From Thermoanaerobaculia bacterium (lineage in GTDB: Bacteria > Acidobacteriota > Thermoanaerobaculia > Gp7-AA8), in contig DASYJF010000114.1 of assembly GCA_035996815.1 (NCBI GenBank), forward strand, positions 70,786-134,785: a DNA stretch of 64,000 nt. Reading direction: 5' to 3'. Below the pieces are notes generated by a model. The model had not been told where the DNA came from, searched no databases, and worked only from the letters and a program-made list of their open reading frames with translations. The translations under genes were made by a program, and so were the position numbers. This document shows, piece by piece, positions 52,684 through 61,043 of the stretch (position 1 is its first letter; each line of letters starts with the position of its first letter).

Positions 52684-53649
52684 ATGAGCCGGGTACTCGC
52701 CTGCGCCGTGTTGTTCATCGCACTGCCTGTGCTTGCGCAGAGTGTGGTCGCGCCGATGTCGGAGTCAGTCTCCGTCGGCTACGTGATGATTCCCTTCACG
52801 GTCCTCGGCGATCACGGACGTCCCATCACGGACCTGCGCAACGCTGAGGTCAACCTGACGGTCGATGGCGCGCCGGTGCGCAGCGACATGTTCGAGAAGT
52901 CGCAGAACGCGCCGGTCTCCTTCACGATCCTGCTCGACGGCTCCGGCTCGATGGCGCTGGCGGGAAAGATGGATTCGGCGTTCGCGGCGATCGGAGCGCT
53001 CATCGGTCATCGCCGTCCTGGCGATGACTTCGCGCTGTACGTTTTTGCGGAGTCGCAAGCAGTCGAAGTCGCGCCGTTCTCCGAGAATCCGAACGACATC
53101 ACGCGCGCTCTCGGTCACGTCAAGCCGTACGGCAAGACCGCGTTCTTCGACGCACTGGCGACAATGCCGGAGCGCAGCAAACTGGGACGCAATCCGTCGC
53201 GCGCGATCATTCTGCTCAGCGACGGCATCGATAACGCCTCGTCGCTCACGCGCGGCGCGCTGGCGCAGCAGCTTCAGGGCATCTCCGTTCCGATCTACTC
53301 ACTCGGACTGCGTGAGCCGGAGCAGCCGATCGACAGTAAGAAGCGTCCGCGCGAGGACCTGTCCGATATCGGACTGCTCAACGAAGTAGCCACACTTACG
53401 GGCGGAAAGCTCTACCTCGGAAACACGCCGCAGCAGATCGCGGAAGCCGTCTCGCACATCGAAGACGACCTCCGCGCGCAGTACCTGATCGGGTTCGCCC
53501 CCACGGGAAAAGGTGCAGTAAAGTACCGCACGATCTCGCTGAAACTCGCGGGACGCGCGCGCGCCGTCCGGGTCCGCGCGGGGTACCTCGGCACCGAACC
53601 TCCCATGGTCGCCTCCCGAAATAAACAGACGGAAAGGAAGGGAAGTTAA
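52684..53649 (+). CDS. secreted von Willebrand factor A (VWA) domain protein
   Basis: Signal peptide and MIDAS motif LLDGSGSM. Confidence 0.8.
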   Translation: MSRVLACAVLFIALPVLAQSVVAPMSESVSVGYVMIPFTVLGDHGRPITDLRNAEVNLTVDGAPVRSDMFEKSQNAPVSFTILLDGSGSMALAGKMDSAFAAIGALIGHRRPGDDFALYVFAESQAVEVAPFSENPNDITRALGHVKPYGKTAFFDALATMPERSKLGRNPSRAIILLSDGIDNASSLTRGALAQQLQGISVPIYSLGLREPEQPIDSKKRPREDLSDIGLLNEVATLTGGKLYLGNTPQQIAEAVSHIEDDLRAQYLIGFAPTGKGAVKYRTISLKLAGRARAVRVRAGYLGTEPPMVASRNKQTERKGS

Positions 53650-54291
53650 ATGAAGCAGACGATTGCAATCCGCATCCTCACGGCCACGGCGTTGGCCGCC
53701 ACCCTCGGCGCATGCGCGACGTCGAAATCGGTCGATCAGAAGATCGCCGACGCGCAGGCCCAGACCAGCAAGAAGGTCGAGTCGGTCGAAGGGCAGGTCG
53801 AAGATCTGCAGAACAAGCAGAAGGCCACCGACACGCACCTCCAGCAGAACGACGCTGCCATCGCCCAGCTGAGCACCGAGGCGAAGGACGCTCTCAAACG
53901 CGCCCAGGACGCCGGTGTGCTGGCGAAGGGGAAAGTCGTTTTCCAGCAGACGTTCAAGGAAGACCGCATCAAGTTCAAGGTCGGTTCCTACGAGTTGAAC
54001 AAAGACGGCCAGGCCGCGCTCGATGACTTCGCCGGCAAGGTGAAGGCGCTCAACGAGCAGTACTACATCGAGATTCAGGGCCACACGGACGACACCGGCC
54101 GCCGCAAACTGAACGACGAGCTCGGCGAACGCCGCGCCGACGAAGTCCGTCGCTACCTCTCCCGCGGCGCCCAGCTCCCACTCAACCGCATGTCGACGAT
54201 CTCCTACGGCGACACGCTGCCAGTAGGGACGAACAAGACGCGCAAAGGCCGCGCGGAAAATCGGCGGGTTGTGATCGTAGTTCTCGAGTAA
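53650..54291 (+). CDS. OmpA-family lipoprotein with N-terminal coiled coil (Pal/OmpA-like peptidoglycan-binding)
   Basis: LGAC lipobox. C-terminal OmpA-like motif (..ELGERRADEVRRYL.. ..GDT.P...N.TR.GRAENRRVVIVV). Starts 1 nt after the VWA stop. Confidence 0.85.
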   Translation: MKQTIAIRILTATALAATLGACATSKSVDQKIADAQAQTSKKVESVEGQVEDLQNKQKATDTHLQQNDAAIAQLSTEAKDALKRAQDAGVLAKGKVVFQQTFKEDRIKFKVGSYELNKDGQAALDDFAGKVKALNEQYYIEIQGHTDDTGRRKLNDELGERRADEVRRYLSRGAQLPLNRMSTISYGDTLPVGTNKTRKGRAENRRVVIVVLE

Positions 54292-54363
54292 ACCTTTTTC
54301 ACGCGGAGACGCGGGGACGCGGAGAAAACCTCCGCGAGCTCCGCGGCTCCGCGTGAAACGTTT

Positions 54364-54921
54364 TCAGGCCAGTTCGACGCCTTCGTAGATGTTCGCCAAC
54401 TGCACATCAATATCGACGTCGGAGAGGCGGACGATGCCTGCCCGCGAATCCACGATCTCCTGCGACCACGATCCGCTACTCCCCAAACGGCGGTGCTCAA
54501 CGCTGATGGACGTCTGCTCGATCAACAGGTAGTGACGAAGCGTCGGGATCGATCGATAGAGATCGAACTTTTCTCCGCGGTCATAGTTGCGAGTCGAATC
54601 GGACACCTCAACGATCACGATCGGCGTGCTGATCGTCTCAGCTTCGTTGCCGACCTTCGGTCCGCAGATGATCGAGGCATCCGGATAGGTGTAGAGGCCG
54701 GACGGCGTGCTCACGCGCATGTCGCTACCGAACGCTTCGCAGGATGAGCCGGTGAGGGCGGCGTCGAAGAGTTTGAGGACATTGCGGCTGATGCGATTGT
54801 GGCCTGCGGAGCCGCCTGCCATGACGTAGATCTCGCCATTGAAGTACTCCAGTTTGACTTCGATGCCTCGCTGCAACGACAAGTAGTCATCGAGCGTGTA
54901 CTGCCTGCGCGTTTGCTGCAC
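54364..54921 (-). CDS. Uma2-family (DUF820) PD-(D/E)xK-fold endonuclease
   Basis: Size (185 aa) and conserved E/D/ExK-like pattern (LEYFNGEIYVMAG ... IVIVEVSD) typical of Uma2. Confidence 0.75.
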   Translation of the reverse strand: MQQTRRQYTLDDYLSLQRGIEVKLEYFNGEIYVMAGGSAGHNRISRNVLKLFDAALTGSSCEAFGSDMRVSTPSGLYTYPDASIICGPKVGNEAETISTPIVIVEVSDSTRNYDRGEKFDLYRSIPTLRHYLLIEQTSISVEHRRLGSSGSWSQEIVDSRAGIVRLSDVDIDVQLANIYEGVELA

Positions 54922-54992
54922 CGCGTCATTCTACGCTCGGGGGCCTAGAGCTTTCGCGTGATTGTGTACACGGTGGTGTACAATCTCTCATC

Positions 54993-55259
54993 GTGAAAAC
55001 CACAACCATCCGCGAATTCCGCAGCAACGTCGCAAAGCTGATCGACAGCGACGAGTCCGTACTTGTCACGAAGCACGGCAAGCCAGCTGCCGTCCTCTAT
55101 CCGCTTCGCGATCCCTCAAAGATCCCGTTGGAGGTTCGGCGGAAGCTGTATCTCGCGCTCACAGAAGATATCGCGAAGCAACTTGACGCCAAGGGCATCA
55201 CCGAGGAAGACATCGAGCGTGACTTTGCCGAATATAAGAAGCGTCGCCGCCGACAGTAA
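54993..55259 (+). CDS. Phd/YefM-family antitoxin
   Basis: MKTTTIREFRSNVAKLIDSDESVLVTKHGKPAAVL is the Phd/YefM N-terminal signature. Confidence 0.75.
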   Translation: MKTTTIREFRSNVAKLIDSDESVLVTKHGKPAAVLYPLRDPSKIPLEVRRKLYLALTEDIAKQLDAKGITEEDIERDFAEYKKRRRRQ

Positions 55260-55638
55260 CGTTTTGCTTTCCGCCGTCGAAGGAAGGGCCGCCCGACGCG
55301 TCCTGCACAAGACCGGACTCGTTGTCGTAACGACGGAGGAGAACGTCGCCGAAGTGCTCACCTATCTACCGGAGTTCGTAGGCCGTACGGGATTCTCCGA
55401 AGAGAGGCTGCATCAAATCTTCGCGGCGCTGCCAATCGAGATTTTCCCCAAGGCTGCGTATGCAAGTCACCTATTTCAGGCGCGATCACTGCTTGCTGCC
55501 CGCGATCCCGATGACGTTCCGCTCGCGGCGCTGGCGTTGAAGCTCGACATCCCGGTTTGGTCGAACGACCGTGACTTCGATGGCTTCCCGACCGGGGTAT
55601 ATCCCACAGCAAAACTCATCAAAGTCCTCGGCGTCTAG
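55225..55638 (+). CDS. PIN-domain toxin partner of the Phd/YefM antitoxin
   Basis: VAADSNVLLSAV (PIN Asp), ..WSNDRDF (distal acidic residues). Overlaps the antitoxin 3' end. A TTG start is assumed. Confidence 0.65.
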   Translation: MPNIRSVAADSNVLLSAVEGRAARRVLHKTGLVVVTTEENVAEVLTYLPEFVGRTGFSEERLHQIFAALPIEIFPKAAYASHLFQARSLLAARDPDDVPLAALALKLDIPVWSNDRDFDGFPTGVYPTAKLIKVLGV

Positions 55639-55642
55639 CGAA

Positions 55643-56389
55643 TTACTCGAACGTCGCCACGACCGGCGCGTGGTCGCTCGTTCCGATTTCGCGGAATGAC
55701 GGGCACGACACCGCGCGCTTCGCGAGTGACTCGCTGGCCAGCACGTAATCCAATCGCCAGCCAATGTTGCGTTGGCGGAGATTGCGCCAGGGCGCCCACC
55801 AGGTGAAGTAGTCGTCTGCGTCGGGGTAGAGCTTGCGGCCGACGTCGACCAGGCCTTCGGCGATCATCACTTCGAGGAGGTCGCGCTCCTCGGGGCGCTG
55901 ACCGATGATGTTCGGTTTGCGCTCTTTCGGATGCACATCCATGTCCGTCCGCGCAACGTTGTAGTCGCCGCAGATGACGAGATTCAGTCCCTGCTCGCGA
56001 TGCATGCGCGCGTAGGCGATGAGCGAATTCATGAACGCGATTTTGGCCGCGTAATCTTTGCCGCCGTTCGGGACGTAGACCGATGCGAAGACCGTATCGC
56101 CGGCGCGCGCTTCGACGATGCGCGTCTCGTGATCGAAATCCGGATGCGTGAACTTCGGCTCCTCGGGAAACGTTTCGCGGCGCATGTGCAGCGCGACGCC
56201 GGAGTACGCGGCGGCGCCGTGCCAGTAGCACCAGTAATCGCCGAGGTTGCAGATCGACTCGGGGACCTGCGCGATGGAGGCTTTGATCTCCTGGAGACAG
56301 ATCACGTCCGGCTGCGTGGTGGCAACCCACTCCTGAAACTGCGTCTCACGAGCGCGGATCCCATTGACATTCCAAGTAGCGATTTTCAT
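55643..56389 (-). CDS. xthA: exodeoxyribonuclease III
   Basis: IATWNVNG, LQEIK, GDYNV, SDHAPV motifs of the EEP/Xth family. Confidence 0.9.
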   Translation of the reverse strand: MKIATWNVNGIRARETQFQEWVATTQPDVICLQEIKASIAQVPESICNLGDYWCYWHGAAAYSGVALHMRRETFPEEPKFTHPDFDHETRIVEARAGDTVFASVYVPNGGKDYAAKIAFMNSLIAYARMHREQGLNLVICGDYNVARTDMDVHPKERKPNIIGQRPEERDLLEVMIAEGLVDVGRKLYPDADDYFTWWAPWRNLRQRNIGWRLDYVLASESLAKRAVSCPSFREIGTSDHAPVVATFE

Positions 56390-56415
56390 GCGGCGCAGAT
56401 TCTACGCAGTTGTGC

Positions 56416-56844
56416 TCAATCCGGATCGCCGGTATCGAAGAGCACCTTCCACGTGCCGTCCGGCTGTTTTTCCCAGACGGTCATGTACGTGCCTTCGCGC
56501 GTTTTGCCGCCGACGACAGCGCTGTACCGGCCCCACGTGTAGCCGAGTTTTCCGCCACGGGAGATTTCGGCGCGCGCCGGTTCCCACGACAGCGTGAAGC
56601 CGCTCGCGAATGCCGCCAGCATGTTGTCGCCGATCTCCTGCGGTCCGTTGAGCATCCGGCCGCCGTTGGCCGGCTTCACGGCGTTCGGAGCCATGAACTC
56701 CTGCCACGCGAGATGGCCGCGCGCCGCCGATTGCTTCGCAAATTCACGGTCGCGCTGCATGAGCACATCGGCATTCGGTGCGCTTTGCGTCGTCGTTGCG
56801 CAAGCGGCGAGGAAGAGGAGGGCGATTGCGATAAGTCGTTTCAT
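56416..56844 (-). CDS. lipoprotein with SnoaL-like/DUF4440 (NTF2-fold) domain, paralogue of 38587..39060
   Basis: LAAC lipobox. ATGA overlap with the upstream permease stop. Confidence 0.6.
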   Translation of the reverse strand: MKRLIAIALLFLAACATTTQSAPNADVLMQRDREFAKQSAARGHLAWQEFMAPNAVKPANGGRMLNGPQEIGDNMLAAFASGFTLSWEPARAEISRGGKLGYTWGRYSAVVGGKTREGTYMTVWEKQPDGTWKVLFDTGDPD

Positions 56845-57887
56845 TGCCAGCGGAACACTTTCAATCCGATCATGAATGTCACCAGGCCCCACGCGGCCAG
56901 TAGTGCCAGCTTTCCGGCAATCTGAGGAAGGGTGGCGGCATCATTGATGACTGCACGCAACGCGTCGTTGAGCAACGTCAGCGGCAGCAAACGGATGAAC
57001 GGCTTCACCGAATCGGGGAAGCGTTCGTACGAGAAGAAGACGCCGGAGCAGAGCCACATCGGCATCATGATGAAGTTCATCAAGCCGCTCACGGCTTCGA
57101 TCGTACGAGCGCGCGATGCAGTCAGGAGGCCGATCCCGGAGAAGCTGAAGCCGCCGATGATGCAGAGCATCGCGAGCAGAAGGATCGATCCGTTCACGCG
57201 CACGCCGAAAACGAGCCAGCCGAAGACGACCAGCACCGTCACCTCGATCAGGAGCCAGATCAACCGCGACAGAAACTGCGCGAGCAGGAAGTCGGTCTTG
57301 CGCATCGGCGTGGCCACGAGGCGCTTGAGCAGCTTCTTCATGCGCGCGTTGGCGATGGTGAAGCCCATGCTCCACATCCCGGTGCCCATCAGGTTCATGC
57401 CGAGGAGGCCTGGGATGAGGAAGTCGATGTAGCGCGCGCCCTGCTCGTGAACGCGCTCCTCGCGCGTGACGATGATGTCGCGGCGTCCGGCGGCGATCTG
57501 CAGCGCATCGTCCGCTTCGCGGCGCGCGCTCTGCGCATCGGGGCGCGTGGCGTCGAAGCGAAAGAGGACGGCGTCGGCTCCTTCGATCAGCAGCGATACT
57601 TTGCCGCGGCGCAATGCGTCGCGCGCATCCGGCTCACTCATGATGCTCGGCAGGAGCACCGGCGATTTCTGAAGCGCAGCGAGGCGTTGCGCGGCGTTGG
57701 GTCCGGCCACGACGGCGACCGGCACCCGATCGGGCGGCTTCTCGCGGAATGCGAAGCCGAGGGCGAGCGCGAGGATCAGCGGAAATCCGAAGACCCAGAA
57801 GAGCGCTTCGCTTTCGCGGACGAACTCCTTCGTTCGCGTCACGGCCAACTCGATGATCGCCGGCCGGATGCGCGTTTTCTCAGGCAT
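56841..57887 (-). CDS. ABC-2 type transporter permease
   Basis: Six hydrophobic helices, ABC-2 membrane domain pattern. Confidence 0.85.
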   Translation of the reverse strand: MPEKTRIRPAIIELAVTRTKEFVRESEALFWVFGFPLILALALGFAFREKPPDRVPVAVVAGPNAAQRLAALQKSPVLLPSIMSEPDARDALRRGKVSLLIEGADAVLFRFDATRPDAQSARREADDALQIAAGRRDIIVTREERVHEQGARYIDFLIPGLLGMNLMGTGMWSMGFTIANARMKKLLKRLVATPMRKTDFLLAQFLSRLIWLLIEVTVLVVFGWLVFGVRVNGSILLLAMLCIIGGFSFSGIGLLTASRARTIEAVSGLMNFIMMPMWLCSGVFFSYERFPDSVKPFIRLLPLTLLNDALRAVINDAATLPQIAGKLALLAAWGLVTFMIGLKVFRWQ

Positions 57888-58800
57888 CGCGAAGCTCCCT
57901 TCCTGTGAGCGACACGAAGAGATCCTCGAGCGACGCCTCGTGCGTCGATAGCGACACCAGTTTCGCGCCTTCCTTCTCCACAGCCGCGATCAACTGCGGC
58001 ACGGCCTCAGCTAGCGAATGGACGCGCAGCAGCCACCCGCCTTTGTGCGCGCTCGCACCGGCGCACGCATCGATCGCCGTGACAACATTCTCCGGAAGCG
58101 GCGGCTCGCTGGTGAACTCGATCACGTTGCGCGCTTCCAACTTCGCGATCAGATCGGACGGCGTGCCGAGGGCGATGAGATGGCCGTGATCGACGATCGC
58201 CACGCGGTCGCAGAGGCGTTGCGCCTCCTCCATGTAGTGCGTGGTCAGCAGCACCGTCCCGCCCTTGACCCGAAAGCGCTGCACGATGTCCCACAACTGC
58301 AGCCGGCTTTGCGGATCGAGGCCGGTAGTCGGCTCGTCGAGAAAGAGCACGTCCGGATTGCCGACCAGCGCGCACGCGACACCGAGCCGCTGCCGTTGAC
58401 CGCCGGAAAGTTTGCCGACGCGCGCATCACGCTTCTCATCGAGCGAGAGATCGCGCAGTAAATCCTCGGGGTCGTAGCCGTCGCGATAAAACGACCGGAA
58501 GAGCCGCACGGTCTCGAACACGGTGAGCTTCTCGGTGAGCTGTGTTTCCTGCAGTGAGATTCCGATCCGCTCGCGGAGCTCGCGTTCATGCGAGCGCCAG
58601 TCGAGCCCGAGGATTTCCACGTCGCCGGAGTCCGGCTTGGTCAAGCCTTCCAGGATTTCGATCGTTGTCGTTTTGCCCGCGCCGTTCGGCCCGAGGAGGC
58701 CGAAACATTCGCCGCTGGCAACGGAGAGATCGAGCCCGTCCACCGCTTTCACGCCGGCGAAGTACTTGCGCAGATTGCGGCAGGCGATAACGTCGGCCAT
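57880..58800 (-). CDS. ABC transporter ATP-binding protein (ABC-2/DrrA-like)
   Basis: Walker A GPNGAGKTT, LSGGQRQR, Walker B LFLDEPTTGLD. Start set at MADVIACRNL. Confidence 0.9.
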   Translation of the reverse strand: MADVIACRNLRKYFAGVKAVDGLDLSVASGECFGLLGPNGAGKTTTIEILEGLTKPDSGDVEILGLDWRSHERELRERIGISLQETQLTEKLTVFETVRLFRSFYRDGYDPEDLLRDLSLDEKRDARVGKLSGGQRQRLGVACALVGNPDVLFLDEPTTGLDPQSRLQLWDIVQRFRVKGGTVLLTTHYMEEAQRLCDRVAIVDHGHLIALGTPSDLIAKLEARNVIEFTSEPPLPENVVTAIDACAGASAHKGGWLLRVHSLAEAVPQLIAAVEKEGAKLVSLSTHEASLEDLFVSLTGRELRDA

Positions 58801-58829
58801 GGACGGGAGACGATACACTTTCCGCCGAC

Positions 58830-59777
58830 ATGCGCGCCATCGTGTTCGATGAATCGACGATGTCCATCGGCGAGGTGCCATCGCCGCCGATGGCCTCCGA
58901 CGAACTGCGTATCCGCGTTCGCGCAACGGCGGTGAATCGCGCCGATGTGCTGCAGCGTGAAGGGGGCTATCCGCCTCCTCCCGGCGCCTCGCCAATCCTC
59001 GGACTCGAATGCGGGGGCGAGGTCATTGAAATCGGAGCGGATGTTCGCGGCTGGAACCTTGGCGATCGCGCGCTGGCGCTGCTCGCCGGCGGCGGATATG
59101 CCGAGGAGGTCGTCGTTCATCACGGTTCGGCGATGCATGTCCCGGACGCGCTCACCGACGTTGAAGCCGGCGCGATGCCGGAAGTGTTTCTTACCGCGTA
59201 TCTGAATGTATTCGAACTCGCGCGTGCGCGTGCAGGCGAAACGCTGCTCATTCACGGCGGCGGCAGCGGCGTCGGCACCGCGGCGACGACACTTGCCAAG
59301 CTGGCCGGTCTGCGCGTCGTCGTCACCGCCGGTTCGCGTGAGAAATGCGAGCGCTGCCTCGCGCACGGCGCGGATGTGGCCATCAATTACAACGAGGAGG
59401 AGTACGTCGAACGCGCACGCGGCGCGAACGTGATCCTCGATCACATCGGCGCCAAGTACCTGCCGCGCGATCTGGAATGCCTCGCTCTCGGAGGCCGCGT
59501 GGTGATCATCGGCTCGATGGGCGGCCCGGGCTCGATCGACTTGAACGTGAACGCACTGCTCTCGAATCGGCAGCAGATCATCGGATCGACGTTGCGGGCA
59601 CGGTCAGTCGGGGAGAAAGCATCGATCGTCGCATCCTTCGTCGCTCGCTTCGGTGACGACCTACGCGGAGGCCGCATCCGTCCGGTCATCGATCGGATCT
59701 TCGACCTCGCCGACGCTGACGAGGCGCATCGCGCGATGAAAGAGGATCACTTCGGCAAGATCGCGCTGCGGGTGTGA
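58830..59777 (+). CDS. NAD(P)H:quinone oxidoreductase / zinc-independent MDR-superfamily dehydrogenase (Qor-like)
   Basis: GGGSGVG nucleotide-binding motif. MDR fold over the full length. Confidence 0.85.
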   Translation: MRAIVFDESTMSIGEVPSPPMASDELRIRVRATAVNRADVLQREGGYPPPPGASPILGLECGGEVIEIGADVRGWNLGDRALALLAGGGYAEEVVVHHGSAMHVPDALTDVEAGAMPEVFLTAYLNVFELARARAGETLLIHGGGSGVGTAATTLAKLAGLRVVVTAGSREKCERCLAHGADVAINYNEEEYVERARGANVILDHIGAKYLPRDLECLALGGRVVIIGSMGGPGSIDLNVNALLSNRQQIIGSTLRARSVGEKASIVASFVARFGDDLRGGRIRPVIDRIFDLADADEAHRAMKEDHFGKIALRV

Positions 59778-59804
59778 AAGGCGCGGATCGCCGCGTTTGC
59801 CCCC

Positions 59805-59945
59805 CTCCCAAAGCGGTGGCTCGATCGCCACCGCACTCCAAAGCTTCGCGAAATGTGCCTCGGGCGGCGCTCAGATCGAAGCTTTCGTGCGCAGCACTTT
59901 GGAGTGCGCGCGGCGACGAGCCGCCGCTTTGGGAGGGCGGGTGGA
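59805..59945. repeat. repeat family E copy (inverted relative to 10499-10720)
   Basis: Reverse complement matches 10499-10607 and 10660-10720 almost base for base. Confidence 0.75.
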
Positions 59946-59985
59946 ATCAGTGATGCTCCGCAGGAGGTGATACGTGCGCCGAAAC

Positions 59986-60630
59986 CTAAGCGCCACACCG
60001 CTTCGTGCGCATCAGCATGCGCGCGATGCCTGGCAGTTTGTCGGTGTGATCGGGAAGCTTCGGATCGGCGGCAAGCAGCGCGTTCACGGTGTCCTGCTGG
60101 CAATGGAAGACCGTGAAACGATCGATGTCCGGCACGCCGGAGCGAGCCAGGTCGAGGGCGGTGATGCCGTCGCTGGCGGCGAGGCGCGGGTTGGCTTTGT
60201 GCGCGAGGAGAATCTTCACGATATCGGTGTAGCCGTAGCCGGCAGCCAACATTAATGGTGTGGTTCCGTGCGGATCGGCGTTGTTTGGATTCGCGCCGGC
60301 GTTGAGCAGCGCCGTGACGGAAGCCGGCTGCGACTTGTGGACGGCGTGCAGCAACGGCGTCCAGGAGTTCACCGCCGTGTCGGCCACATTCGGATTCGCG
60401 CCGCGGCTGGTGAGGAAGCGGATCATCTCCACGCTGCCTGCTCGCGCGGCGGCGATCAGCGGCGTGTAGCCGGCCGAATCGTGTCCGTTCGGATCGAGGC
60501 CGGCGTCGAGCATGCGCTTCATGCCGGCGATGTCGCCGGCGGACGCGGCCGCCGCGGCGGGAGAGTGCGGACCGTAGTGACAGGCGATGGTGACGGTGAC
60601 GTAGAGGATGAGCACGGCGAGGCGTCGCAT
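59986..60630 (-). CDS. secreted ankyrin-repeat protein (about 5 ANK repeats)
   Basis: Repeated G.TPL..AA..G......LL..GA.PN units. N-terminal signal peptide. Confidence 0.8.
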   Translation of the reverse strand: MRRLAVLILYVTVTIACHYGPHSPAAAAASAGDIAGMKRMLDAGLDPNGHDSAGYTPLIAAARAGSVEMIRFLTSRGANPNVADTAVNSWTPLLHAVHKSQPASVTALLNAGANPNNADPHGTTPLMLAAGYGYTDIVKILLAHKANPRLAASDGITALDLARSGVPDIDRFTVFHCQQDTVNALLAADPKLPDHTDKLPGIARMLMRTKRCGA

Positions 60631-60747
60631 GCCATCAAGATGCATCCGTCGCCGAACAATGTCGAGTACTTTATGAAACTAAGCGAAATAGTTCGCGGAC
60701 CGCTGCGTTTAACCGTGCTCCAACGCAGTCTTCAACACGGGAGAACT

Positions 60748-60906
60748 ATGCCTGACCAGAAAGCACATGAGGTACTTCGGAAGCACAACATCTCGCTCGA
60801 AGACGTGAGGGAACGCCGCACCACACTGCATCACCTTCGTCATATCGTCCACGCCGAGGAGCTCCCTTTCGACGTGTTCAAAGCAATCGTCAAACTGCGG
60901 CGGTAG
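60748..60906 (+). CDS. possible small (52 aa) protein
   Basis: GGGAGA ribosome-binding site 6 nt upstream of the ATG. Lower GC. Followed by the repeat-D hairpin. Competes with an antisense 91-aa ORF (60709..60984). Confidence 0.3.
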   Translation: MPDQKAHEVLRKHNISLEDVRERRTTLHHLRHIVHAEELPFDVFKAIVKLRR

Positions 60907-60914
60907 AAGCCAGT

Positions 60915-60995
60915 CGGTTAGTGGATTAGTAGATTCGTGGATCAGGAACGCGTGGTTTTCCGGATCGACGAATCTACTGATCACTAATCCACTGC
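60915..60995. repeat. repeat family D hairpin copy
   Basis: CGGTTAGTGGATTAGTAGATTCGTGGATCAG ... CGAATCTACTGATCACTAATCCACTG. Confidence 0.75.
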
Positions 60996-61043
60996 TTCTC
61001 CCGCTACAATGTCCCGCTCATTCCGCCCGGGGGGACCTCGACT

